Source: Macrostomum lignano (taxonomy: Eukaryota). From it: 64,000 bases of DNA. Numbering within the stretch: the stretch's first letter is position 1; the number at the start of each line of letters is the position of its first letter. The notes under the pieces were generated by a model. It had not been told where the DNA came from. It did no database searches and worked only from the letters and a program-made list of their open reading frames with translations. The position numbers and the translations under genes were made by a program. Below are positions 24,301 through 37,200 of the stretch, piece after piece. The stretch spans positions 1-64,000 of the forward strand of contig NIVC01003878.1 in NCBI GenBank assembly GCA_002269645.1, in the 5' to 3' direction.

Positions 24301-27300
24301 CCAGGGCTGATTTTAAAAGAAACAGGAAACTTTTTCGCGCTTTCGAACAAGGCTACTTGAAGTAGACTAACAGACAAACCAAAATTGTAATAAAATAAAA
24401 TTTCCACAGTCCCAGTCACCGGAAACACGCGCAGATAAAGATTTTTTAATTATGCATAATTGCTTCATCTGGCTGGCAGAACAAACCCTCCGCCAGATCT
24501 AATCTGTGTAATGGCCAAATAAATACCCTGAGGCATAATGATTTATGATCCGTGGATTGAATATAACTGGGCGACGAGACTTAACGGCCGGCACATTCCT
24601 ATGGGAGGGGGGTCCAACAAGCGATTTCTGTCTGCAAAAAAACTTTTTTGTCTGCTTCTTTTTATCTGCCGACAGTGGGAGACGCGATAAGCTGGGATCT
24701 GTCTCCCACTGGCTGGCCTCCCAAAGGGCTCGAGTGGACTCGAAAGCCAGCAGAGCGAACTTCAGCTTTTGCGCAGGTGGCGCGAATACCCCGTACACTT
24801 TTTTCTGTTGCGTCAAGCAGACGCTTAAAAACGACGCAATTGAACTATTCAGCCACTGCCTTCGCGCATCTATCAGCGGTGCAGCACCGAAGTGAGGATT
24901 TGGCATGTCTATGGGAAAATTTTGACTGTTAAATATTTTATAACCAAAAAGAATTTCCAAAAAGATTTAGGCTCGTAGTATCCTGATGGGATTGGCCGAT
25001 TGGGGATATTTTATAACCCGATGGGATTTGGGATATTTTAGAACCCGATGGGATTTGGGATATTTTATAACCCGTTGGGATTTTGGATATTTTATAGCTA
25101 GATGGGATTTTGGATATTTTATAATCAGGTGGGATTTTGGATATTTTATAATCAGATGGGATTTGGGATATTTTATAATCAGGTGGGATTTTGGATATTT
25201 TATAATCAGATGGGATTTGGGATATTTTATAATCAGATGGGATTTGGGATATTTTATAATCAGATGGGATTTGGGATATTTTATAATCAGGTGGGATTTG
25301 GGATATTTTATAATCAGATGGGATTTGGGATATTTTATAATCAGGTGGGATTTGGGATATTTTATAATCAGGTGGGATTTTGGATATTTTATAATCAGAT
25401 GGGATTTGGGATATTTTATAATCAGGTGGGATTTGGGATATTTTATAATCAGGTGGGATTTTGGATATTTTATAATCAGATGGGATTTGGGATATTTTAT
25501 AATCAGATGGGATTTGGGATATTTTATAATCAGATGGGATTTGGGATATTTTATAATCAGATGGGATTTGGGATATTTTATAATCAGATGGGATTTGGGA
25601 TATTTTATAATCAGGTGGGATTTTGGATATTTTATAATCAGATGGGATTTGGGATATTTTATAATCAGGTGGGATTTGGGATATTTTATAATCAGGTGGG
25701 ATTTTGGATATTTTATAATCAGATGGGATTTGGGATATTTTATAATCAGGTGGGATTTTGGATATTTTATAATCAGATGGGATTTGGGATATTTTATAAT
25801 CAGATGGGATTTGGGATATTTTATAATCAGATGGGATTTGGGATATTTTATAATCAGGTGGGATTTTGGATATTTTATAATCAGATGGGATTTGGGATAT
25901 TTTATAATCAGGTGGGATTTTGGATATTTTATAACCCGATGGGATTTTGGATATTTTATAATCAGATGGGATTTGGGATATTTTAGAACCCGATGGGATT
26001 TGGGATATTTTATAACCCGTTGGGATTTTGGATATTTTATAGCTAGATGGGATTTGGGATATTTTATAACCCGATGGGATTTTGGATATTTTATAATCAG
26101 GTGGGATTTCGGATATTTTATAACCCGATGGGATTTTGGATATTTTATAATCAGATGGGATTTGGGAAACTTTATAATCAGATGGGATTTGGGATATTTT
26201 ATAATCAGATGGGATTTTGGATATTTTATAATCAGATGGGATTTGGGATATTTTATAATCAGATGGGATTTGGGATATTTTATAATCAGATGGGATTTGG
26301 GATACTTTATAATCAGATGGGATTTGGGATATTTTATAATCAGATGGGATTTGGGATATTTTAGAACCCGATGGGATTTGGGATATTTAATAATCAGATG
26401 GGATTTGGGATACTTTATAATCAGATGGGATTTGGGATATTTTATAATCAGATGGGATTTGGGATACTTTATAATCAGATGGGATTAGGGATATTTAATA
26501 ATCAGATGGGATTTGGGATATTTAATAATCAGATGGGATTTGGGATATTTTAGAACCCGATAGGATTTGGGATATTTTATAATCAGATGGGATTTGGGAT
26601 ATTTTATAATCAGATGGGATTTGGGATACTTTATAATCAGATGGGATTTGGGATATTTAATAATCAGATGGGATTTGGGATACTTTATAATCAGATGGGA
26701 TTAGGGATATTTAATAATCAGATGGGATTTGGGATATTTAATAATCAGATGGGATTTGGGATATTTTAGAACCCGATAGGATTTGGGATATTTTATAATC
26801 AGATGGGATTTGGGATACTTTATAATCAGATGGGATTTGGGATATTTTATAATCAGATGGGATTAGGGATATTTAATAATCAGATGGGATTTGGGATACT
26901 TTATAATCAGATGGGATTAGGGATATTTAATAATCAGATGGGATTTGGGATATTTAATAATCAGATGGGATTCGGGATATTTTAGAACCCGATAGGATTT
27001 GGGATATTTTATAATCAGATGGGATTAGGGATATTTAATAATCAGATGGGATTTGGGATACTTTATAATCAGATGGGATTTGGGATATTTTATAATCAGG
27101 TGGGATTTGGGATATTTTATAATCAGATGGGATTTGGGATATTTTATAATCAGGTGGGATTTGGGATATTTTATAATCAGGTGGGATTTTGGATATTTTA
27201 TAATCAGATGGGATTTGGGATATTTTATAATCAGGTGGGATTTGGGATATTTTATAATCAGGTGGGATTTTGGATATTTTATAATCAGATGGGATTTGGG

Positions 27301-30300
27301 ATATTTTATAATCAGATGGGATTTGGGATATTTTATAATCAGATGGGATTTGGGATATTTTATAATCAGATGGGATTTGGGATATTTTATAATCAGATGG
27401 GATTTGGGATATTTTATAATCAGGTGGGATTTTGGATATTTTATAATCAGATGGGATTTGGGATATTTTATAATCAGGTGGGATTTGGGATATTTTATAA
27501 TCAGGTGGGATTTTGGATATTTTATAATCAGATGGGATTTGGGATATTTTATAATCAGGTGGGATTTTGGATATTTTATAATCAGATGGGATTTGGGATA
27601 TTTTATAATCAGATGGGATTTGGGATATTTTATAATCAGATGGGATTTGGGATATTTTATAATCAGGTGGGATTTTGGATATTTTATAATCAGATGGGAT
27701 TTGGGATATTTTATAATCAGGTGGGATTTTGGATATTTTATAACCCGATGGGATTTTGGATATTTTATAATCAGATGGGATTTGGGATATTTTAGAACCC
27801 GATGGGATTTGGGATATTTTATAACCCGTTGGGATTTTGGATATTTTATAGCTAGATGGGATTTGGGATATTTTATAACCCGATGGGATTTTGGATATTT
27901 TATAATCAGGTGGGATTTCGGATATTTTATAACCCGATGGGATTTTGGATATTTTATAATCAGATGGGATTTGGGAAACTTTATAATCAGATGGGATTTG
28001 GGATATTTTATAATCAGATGGGATTTTGGATATTTTATAATCAGATGGGATTTGGGATATTTTATAATCAGATGGGATTTGGGATATTTTATAATCAGAT
28101 GGGATTTGGGATACTTTATAATCAGATGGGATTTGGGATATTTTATAATCAGATGGGATTTGGGATATTTTAGAACCCGATGGGATTTGGGATATTTAAT
28201 AATCAGATGGGATTTGGGATACTTTATAATCAGATGGGATTTGGGATATTTTATAATCAGATGGGATTTGGGATACTTTATAATCAGATGGGATTAGGGA
28301 TATTTAATAATCAGATGGGATTTGGGATATTTAATAATCAGATGGGATTTGGGATATTTTAGAACCCGATAGGATTTGGGATATTTTATAATCAGATGGG
28401 ATTTGGGATATTTTATAATCAGATGGGATTTGGGATACTTTATAATCAGATGGGATTTGGGATATTTAATAATCAGATGGGATTTGGGATACTTTATAAT
28501 CAGATGGGATTAGGGATATTTAATAATCAGATGGGATTTGGGATATTTAATAATCAGATGGGATTTGGGATATTTTAGAACCCGATAGGATTTGGGATAT
28601 TTTATAATCAGATGGGATTTGGGATACTTTATAATCAGATGGGATTTGGGATATTTTATAATCAGATGGGATTAGGGATATTTAATAATCAGATGGGATT
28701 TGGGATACTTTATAATCAGATGGGATTAGGGATATTTAATAATCAGATGGGATTTGGGATATTTAATAATCAGATGGGATTCGGGATATTTTAGAACCCG
28801 ATAGGATTTGGGATATTTTATAATCAGATGGGATTAGGGATATTTAATAATCAGATGGGATTTGGGATACTTTATAATCAGATGGGATTTGGGATATTTT
28901 ATAATCAGATGGGATTAGGGATATTTAATAATCAGATGGGATTTGGGATACTTTATAATCAGATGGGATTAGGGATATTTAATAATCAGATGGGATTTGG
29001 GATATTTAATAATCAGATGGGATTCGGGATATTTTAGAACCCGATAGGATTTGGGATATTTTATAATCAGATGGGATTAGGGATATTTAATAATCAGATG
29101 GGATTTGGGATACTTTATAATCAGATGGGATTTGGGATATTTTATAATCAGATGGGATTTGGGATATTTTATAATCAGATGGGATTTGGGATATTTTATA
29201 ATCAGATGGGATTTGGGATATTTAATAATCAGATGGGATTAGGGATATTTTAGAACCCGATGGGATCCGGGATACTTTTATCCAAAGGGGATTTTCTTGA
29301 GGACTCTAGTTACAAGCTGCTCCCCAGAAACGAGCCGGAGTCCAACTCACTCGCTGCCAGTGAGGCAGGGGAAGGCCAGCATGCCCAGCTGTTCGGCCAC
29401 AGCCAGGCCGGCCAGTCGGGCGGTCCTCGGCCAGTCTGTGGAGCCGCCGCCGGCCACTCGGACAATGGAGGCGGCCCGGCCCGTACAGACGCTGTCCATC
29501 ATGCTGAGGTGCTCGCTCCTAGTTGAGTAGTTGGCCCCGGTGAGCAACAGTAGGGCCTGTTCGGCTGGCAACCGCCTGAGCCGGGCCCGGTCCAGAGCCG
29601 CCAGCAGGCCGGCGCGGAGACTGCCGTTCAGGGGCGGCAGGCCGGCCGAGTCCAGCAGCTCCAGGGACTGCAGGCGGAGGGCCACGCGGCTGTTGGTCAG
29701 CAGGCGGTTGGCCTGGCCAACTACGCGACCGGCCAGGGAACTGGCGGCGCTCTGGGACCGGCCTAGGGAGGAGTACTGCGGGGCGAAGGGGGCGAGAGAT
29801 TTGCTGAGATTGATTTTGATTGCGAGATTGTCGCCACATGAGATTAGACTAGATTAGATTAAAGCTAAGATCAGATTGGATGAGCTGAGACTAGATTGAA
29901 TGAGCTGAGATTAGATTGGATGAGCTGAGACTAGATTAGATGAAAGTTAAGATCAGATTGGATGAGCTGAGACTAGATTAGATGAAAGCTAAGATCAGAT
30001 TGGATGAGCTGAGACTAGATTGGATGAGCTGAGAATAGGTTGGATTACCTGAGACTAGATTGGATGAGCTGAGATTAGATTGGATGAGCTGAGATTAGAT
30101 TGGATGAGCTGAGATTAGATTGGATGAGCTGAGACTAGATTGGATGAGCTGAGACTAGATTGGATGAGCTGAGACTAGATTGGATGAGCTGAGATTAGAT
30201 TGGATGAGCTGAGACTAGGTTGGATTACCTGAGATTAGATTGGATGAGCTGAGACTATATTGGATGAGCTGAGATTAGATTGGATGAGCTGAGACTAGAT

Positions 30301-32749
30301 TGGATGAGCTGAGCCTAGATTGGATGAGCTTGTGGCAGCCAGCCACTTTATTTCTTATTCATGCATACATTATTGTTTATGGACAAATTCAAATATACTT
30401 GTAAAGGGGTGTGGCTGCGCCTACAGTCTTGCCAAGCGCAAATACTCCTAATACATGCAAACACACAACAGAGCTGAGATAAGATTGGATGAGCTGAGAC
30501 TAGATTGGATGAGCTGAGATTAGATTAGATGAGCTGAGACTAGATCGGATAAGCTGAGACTAGATTGGATAAGCTGAGACTAGATTGGATGAGCTAAGAT
30601 TATATTGGATGAGCTAAGACTAGATTGGATGAGATGAGATGAGATGAGCTAAGATTAGATTGAATAAGATTAGATATCAAGCGGTTCAGGTGAGATTCCC
30701 TAAGATTAGATGTGACACAATGAGAGGCGCACCAGCGAATAGTCAATAACCACGGCCAGTTTCACTACGAATTCCTTGGCTGGCGGAGCAGCCGGGGGCC
30801 AACCGGAGGCCACAACTCTGTCCAGCAGTGCGCTGGCTGGCTGGCCGCCGACAGACGTTTGGAGCAGCTCGGTGAACGCGGCGAAGAACGTCTTCACGGC
30901 CGGGTCGCGTACGATCGGCCGGTCGATAGCGTCTGGCGATTTCTGATGCTGAACAACAGGTAGCACGGCGTGCGGCTTGTAGACCTGGCAGAGGTTGCAT
31001 TCGATCGGCTGGATGGTGAAGTCGGCGCCTTGGTAGCGGAATATTCCGTGCACCCTGTCGGAGCAGACGTCAACAAATGCGCTGGACTGCGGATCGCCTT
31101 GAATCTTGCCTTCGTAGAAGCAGCGAGAGAATTTGTCCGACACGGCCTGCTGGTCGCCCTCCTTGTAGCGCAGCTGGAAGCTGCCGCGTGGAGCGATGAA
31201 GCTGCGGGGTTGGCGGAGAGCCAGTGTACATTGGGTAAGGGACAGTGGGTTTGCGGGGAGCCAGTTTACATTGGGTAAGGGACAGGGGGTTTAGAGGAGA
31301 GCCAGTGTACATTGGGTAAGGGACAGGGGGTTGGAGCGAGCCAGTGTACATTGGGTAAGGGACAGGAGGGTTGGCGGGGAGCCAGTATACATTGGGGAAG
31401 GGACAGGGGGTTGGAGGGGTGCCAGTGTACATTGGGTAAGGGACAGGGGGGTTAGCGGAGAGCCAGTGTACATTGGGTAAGGGACAGATGGTTGGCAGAG
31501 AGCCAGTGTACATTGGGTAAGGGACAGTGGGTTGGCAGAGAGCCAGTGTACATTGGGTAAGGGACAGTGGGTTGGCGGGGAGCCAGTTTACATTGGGTAA
31601 GGGACAGGGGGTTGGAGGGGAGCCAGTGTACATTGGGTAAGGGACAGTGGGTTGGCGGGGAGCCAGTATACATTGGGGAAGGGACAGGGGGTTGGAGGGG
31701 TGCCAGTGTACATTGGGTAAGGGACAGGGGGGTTGGCGGAGAGCCAGTGTACATTGGGTAAGGGACAGAGGATTGGCGGAGAGCCTGTGTACATTGGGTA
31801 AGGGACAGATGGTTGCGGAGAGCCTGTGTACATTGGGTAAGGGACAGGGGGTTGGCAGAGAGCCAGTGTACATTGGGTAAAGGACAGTGGGTTGGCGGGG
31901 AGCCAGTTTACATTGGGTAAGGGACAGATGGTTGGCGGGGAGCCAGTATACATTGGGTAAGGGACAGGGGATTTGGAGGGAGCCAGTGTACATTGGGTAA
32001 GGGACGGTGAGAATTGGCAAGAGGGTCTGATTTGATTACTCATTTCAAAACGCCCTGATTAACGCAATGTAAATCTATTTCTAATGCTAATATTGAATAC
32101 ATGTTCTACATATAGACAGAGAAAGCCGCACTAGAAACGGAGATGCATCTCAGAGTTAAACAGGCCGCTAGTCAGCAGATGACTGGCTCAGCGCAGTTGA
32201 ATTAATCGCCTCCGGGGGTTGAAGAGTTCAGTTTTAGACTAGAAAAAGCTGTTCTCGCAGTAAAAATTTTACTGCTCTCATTACCCGATATTTCGCTCAT
32301 GTTTCCCAGCCCAGGACCCCCGGGAAGTGTCGGCCCTGACTAGATTGTAAATCTTTTGCCGCCCGCGCAATCAGGCGGGCCCGGGCTGATGGGGCTGGGA
32401 AAAGAATCCCATCGTTTCTCATTCATAAATTTCCGCGTAACCCCCCCACCCACCCAAACGAGTCCCCAGCCAGCCAGACTCAGTCCAAAGTTGAGCAGAG
32501 TTTGGGGACGGTGACTCCGAGGAAGCGATGGCTAAAACGTTGATTGAGTATCAACAATTTATTACAAGGCAGCAGCTGTTCCCAGCTTTTCCCGCTGCCT
32601 CCGCGTTTGCCCAATCTCCCTTGCCTCCCCTCTCAAGCGGCACTTGCTTGTCGATTCTTCACATCTCAGGATTACCAGGGACACTGGACCGCGAAACAGT
32701 GTAGGTGCCAGGGCAGGGGCACAGGAGATTGGGCAAGTAGATGGGTGGC

Positions 32750-32810
<61 letters not shown>

Positions 32811-33818
32811 GGGAGAGACAGGCAGACAGACAGGGAGAGACAAGGGGACAGACAGGGAGAGACAGGCAGAAAGACAGGGAGAGACAAGGGGACAGACAGG
32901 GAGAGACAGGCAGACAGACAGGGAGAGACAAGGGGACAGACAGGGAGAGACAGGCAGAAAGACAGGGAGAGACAAGGGGACAGACAGGGAGAGACAGGCA
33001 GACAGACAGGGAGAGACAAGGGGACAGACAGGGAGAGACAGGCAGACAGACAGGGAGAGACAGGCAGACAGACAGGGAGAGACAAGGGGACAGACAGGGA
33101 GAGACAGGCAGACAGACAGGGAGAGACAGGCAGACAGACAGGGAGAGACAGGCAGACAGACAGGGAGAGACAAGGGGACAGACAGGGAGAGACAGGCAGA
33201 CAGACAGGGAGAGACAAGGGGACAGACAGGGAGAGACAGGCAGACAGACAGGGAGAGACAGGCAGACAGACAGGGAGAGACAAGGGGACAGACAGGGAGA
33301 GACAGGCAGACAGACAGGGAGAGACAAGGGGACAGACAGGGAGAGACAGGCAGGCAAAGAAAGTCGAATGGACTCGGACATCTTTCTCAATGCACTGTAT
33401 CTGTCTCTCATGATACTCGCCTCAATTCCTGAAAGCGGTTACGGACTGATGGGCCAAGCTAACCTTTCATAACCCAGCCTGACTGCATCTTCCCTCTCCG
33501 TTGCCGCCTGGAATCCAACTGGCTGAGCTGTCTTACAGCTTTACGCTTGGCTAGAAAAAAAACAAACAAATGTTATTCTGCTCAGTCAATTAGTCATGCC
33601 CAGTTCGTACTGGCTAGACATGAGCGGCCTGTTTGTACGCAGCTCTAAAGGCAGATTTGCTGCATTGCGAGTTGGTACGATCGTGTGTTCCAGTGGGCTA
33701 AATATAGGCCGAATTGTGATGTACAGCCACAAGGATTCCAAGAGGGTAAGGTACTGGGGCTAGTGGCTGCTACATTAGCTCTGGGTCGTCTGTCTATCTA
33801 TCTATCTATCTATCTATA

Positions 33819-33849
<31 letters not shown>

Positions 33850-33866
33850 ATATCTATCTATCTATA

Positions 33867-33961
<95 letters not shown>

Positions 33962-33990
33962 ATATCTATCTATCTATTTATCTATCTATA

Positions 33991-34028
<38 letters not shown>

Positions 34029-34179
34029 CTTACCTACCTACCTATCTATCTACCTATCTATCTATCTACCTATCTACCTATCTATCTATCTATCTATCTA
34101 CCTATCTATCTATCTATCTACTTACCTACCTACCTATCTATCTATCTATCTACCTACCTACCTATCTATCTATCTATCT

Positions 34180-34218
<39 letters not shown>

Positions 34219-37200
34219 TGTTCTTTCTTTCTATCTGTCTGTCTGCCTGTCTCTCTATGCCTCTCTCTGTCTGTCTGTCTGTCTGTCCGCCCGCCTGCCT
34301 GCACCCCAGACCGGCGGTGCATTAAAGCCACCTTAGTCTTTAACAAGCCCCAGGCCCAACCCCAACTTAGCCCCGGATATTCGCACCGAAATCGCCCGCA
34401 AAGAAGGCCAAAGCCCAACCAGAGAAAAAACACGCCACCAACAGGGCAGCACCGGAGCAAAAATTGGCCAAAACATCTCCTGAAGGCGCCCAGAAAAAAG
34501 CACCAGCCGCCAACAAATATCCAACAAAAGAGATAAAAAATAACTGCCACCAACCCATCGGGCCTCAACCGGCCTTCAAAAGTCGGTTCGGTTGGAAGGG
34601 GGGCATTAAGTGGCTCGCCGTCATAAACTACAGTGCCCCACAGCTCCATGTAGCAACCAGTCCGGTAGAGACCAGCAGACCAGAGAGAGAGAGAGAGGGA
34701 GAAATTGCCGATAAATCAGAGAGGAGGCAGAGATAGAAGGCCCGCCGCCCGCAGACCCCCAAATATTTACCTACAACTGCAGGGTTCACTGCGGGTCTAG
34801 TTAGCCAAGGGGATCCAAATAAAAATTGCATAAAGATACGAGTGGGGAGAAGGCTAGAGGGGCGGCAGATAAGGCTTGTCGAGGCCGCGTATCTATCATG
34901 GGCGCTTGCATAAAGTTTGCAGCAAAGCTGAAGAAAAAATTGCTCCAGTTTTAATACCAGCCCCAGCGCATACTGAGACAGGCCGTCTTCGCATCTGCCT
35001 CTTCAGGCAAGCAGGCCTTCCACCCTGCTTTCCTAATTTTCCTTCAGGCTCGGCTTCAGGCTGGCCAGCCTCTGCAGAGTGGCTCCTCGAAATTCCCAAT
35101 TTCAATCTACTTCAACATTCCAAAAATTCAACTTCACAATCAGCTAAACCCTTAAACTTCCCCAATCCTTGAACTTCCCCAATCCTTAAACTTCCCCAAT
35201 TCTTAAACTTCCCCAATCCTTGAACTTCCCCAATCCTTAAACTTCCCCAATTCTTAAACTTCCCCAATCCTTAAACTTCCCCAATTCTTAAACTTCCCCA
35301 ATCCTTAAACTTCCCCAATCCTTAAACTTCCCCAATCCTTAAACTTCCCCAATTCTTAAACTTCCCCAATCCTTGAATTCCCCAATCCTTAAACTTCCCC
35401 AATCCTTAAACTTCCCAAATTCTTAAACTTCCCCAATTCTTAAACTTCCCCAATCCTTGAACTTCCCCAATCCTTGAATTCCCCAATCCTTAAACTTCCC
35501 CAATCCTTAAACTTCCCCAATTCTTAAACTTCCCAATCCTTAAACTTGACCAATCCTTGAACTTCCCCAATCCTTAAACTTCCCCAAATTTTTAAACTCC
35601 CCCAATCCTTAAACTTCCCCAATTCTTAAACTTCCCCAATCCTTAAACTTGACCAATCCTTAAACTTCCCCAATTCTTAAACTTCCCCAATCCTTAAACT
35701 TCCCCAATCCTTAAACTTCCCCAATTCTTAAACTTCCCTAATCCTTAAACTTCCCCAATTCTTAAACTTCCCCAATTCTTAAACTTCCCCAATTCTTAAA
35801 CTTCCCCAATTCTTAAACTTTCCCAATTCTTAAGCTTCCCAAATTCTTAAACTTCCCCAATTCTTAAACTTCCCCAATAAAATCCATATAGCAATCCTCA
35901 AAGTTCACAATATCGAGACTTTGTCAACCCCGAATTTCAGATTGCTATACCCAGATTCGGCATTTTAAAACGCCATGTGTTCAGCACAGCCTCCGCCCCA
36001 TTCTTCCCTCCCTATCGCGGCCTGCTACATGTAGGTATCACCAGAGACTGCAATTTCTTTCACTAATACCCGAGACAAGAAAAGCCAGGTTGCTGCTTCT
36101 GCTTGGCTACTCCTACCTGCAGCGCCGCCAATACGGCTTACTGTTAAAAAGCTTAAACTGCGCAAAAAGCTTGCGCAGATACTCGTGTCGTATCATGCAG
36201 GGTACGCACAATTTCAATTTGCGCAATTTCTTTCTGCTTTTTGTTCTGTTTTTGGAGAGGCCGCTTGAGAAAATAAGGAATTTTTAAAATGGGATATTTC
36301 TCGATTATTCCGCAGCCTGTCTGCCATCGCATTCTCTTGAATCATTCCAGATGATCTTTATAATTCTGCCCTCTGATCTGGTTGCTTATCCATCTACACT
36401 CTAATCCTACAACTATCTACCCCTCTAATCCCGCATTTATCTACCCATCTAAACCCCAGCATCTATCTACCCCTAAACCAGCATCTATCTACTCCTCAAA
36501 TCCTACATCTATCTACCTCTCTAATCCTACATCTATCTACCTCTCTAATCCTACATCTATCTACCTCTCTAATCCTACATCTATCTACCCCTCTAATCCT
36601 ACATCTATCTACCTCTCTAATCCTACATCTATCTACCTCTCTAATCCTACATCTATCTACCTCTCTAATCCTACATCTATCTACCTCTCTAATCCTACAT
36701 CTATTTACCTCTCGACTCGATAATGAATATCGATAAAAATAAAACTTATCCCTAAACTCACACTAATCTACTTACAACTTGGCTAATAACTCCATCATCT
36801 TTGTTAACCCTCTAAGCGCAACTCGCTTTGTCACCTCACCGTCACTTTGCTAAAATCAGCAGCCAAGCAGCCTCCTCAGTCGCTCTGGAGTCACAGTCCG
36901 CTATTGCTCACAAGCCCCCCCCGTAAAGGAGTGACTCAGCACAGCACAACTGCTCAACTGTAACATCCCCCCCAACCCGAGTCGGTCAACCCGAATAAAA
37001 ATGATTATTTCAAACCACACATCGGATGGATAGTTTATCTCGCAGAGGCCAACTACGAGCTATTTTACAACTTTTTGTAATGCATGATTAAGCTGGAATA
37101 ATTTTCCCACTAACATAGCAGGGGGGGGGGCTACGAGGTCACCGAGGAGAGAGAATGATAGGAAAGCGCCGGCTGCAAGGAGCGCAAGGGTATTAAAAAA

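Noticed and set aside
24986-28297. (WDLGYFIIR)n ORFs of 500 and 414 aa
   Set aside because: Lie antisense in an ADAM intron; variants are non-synonymous and include stops.
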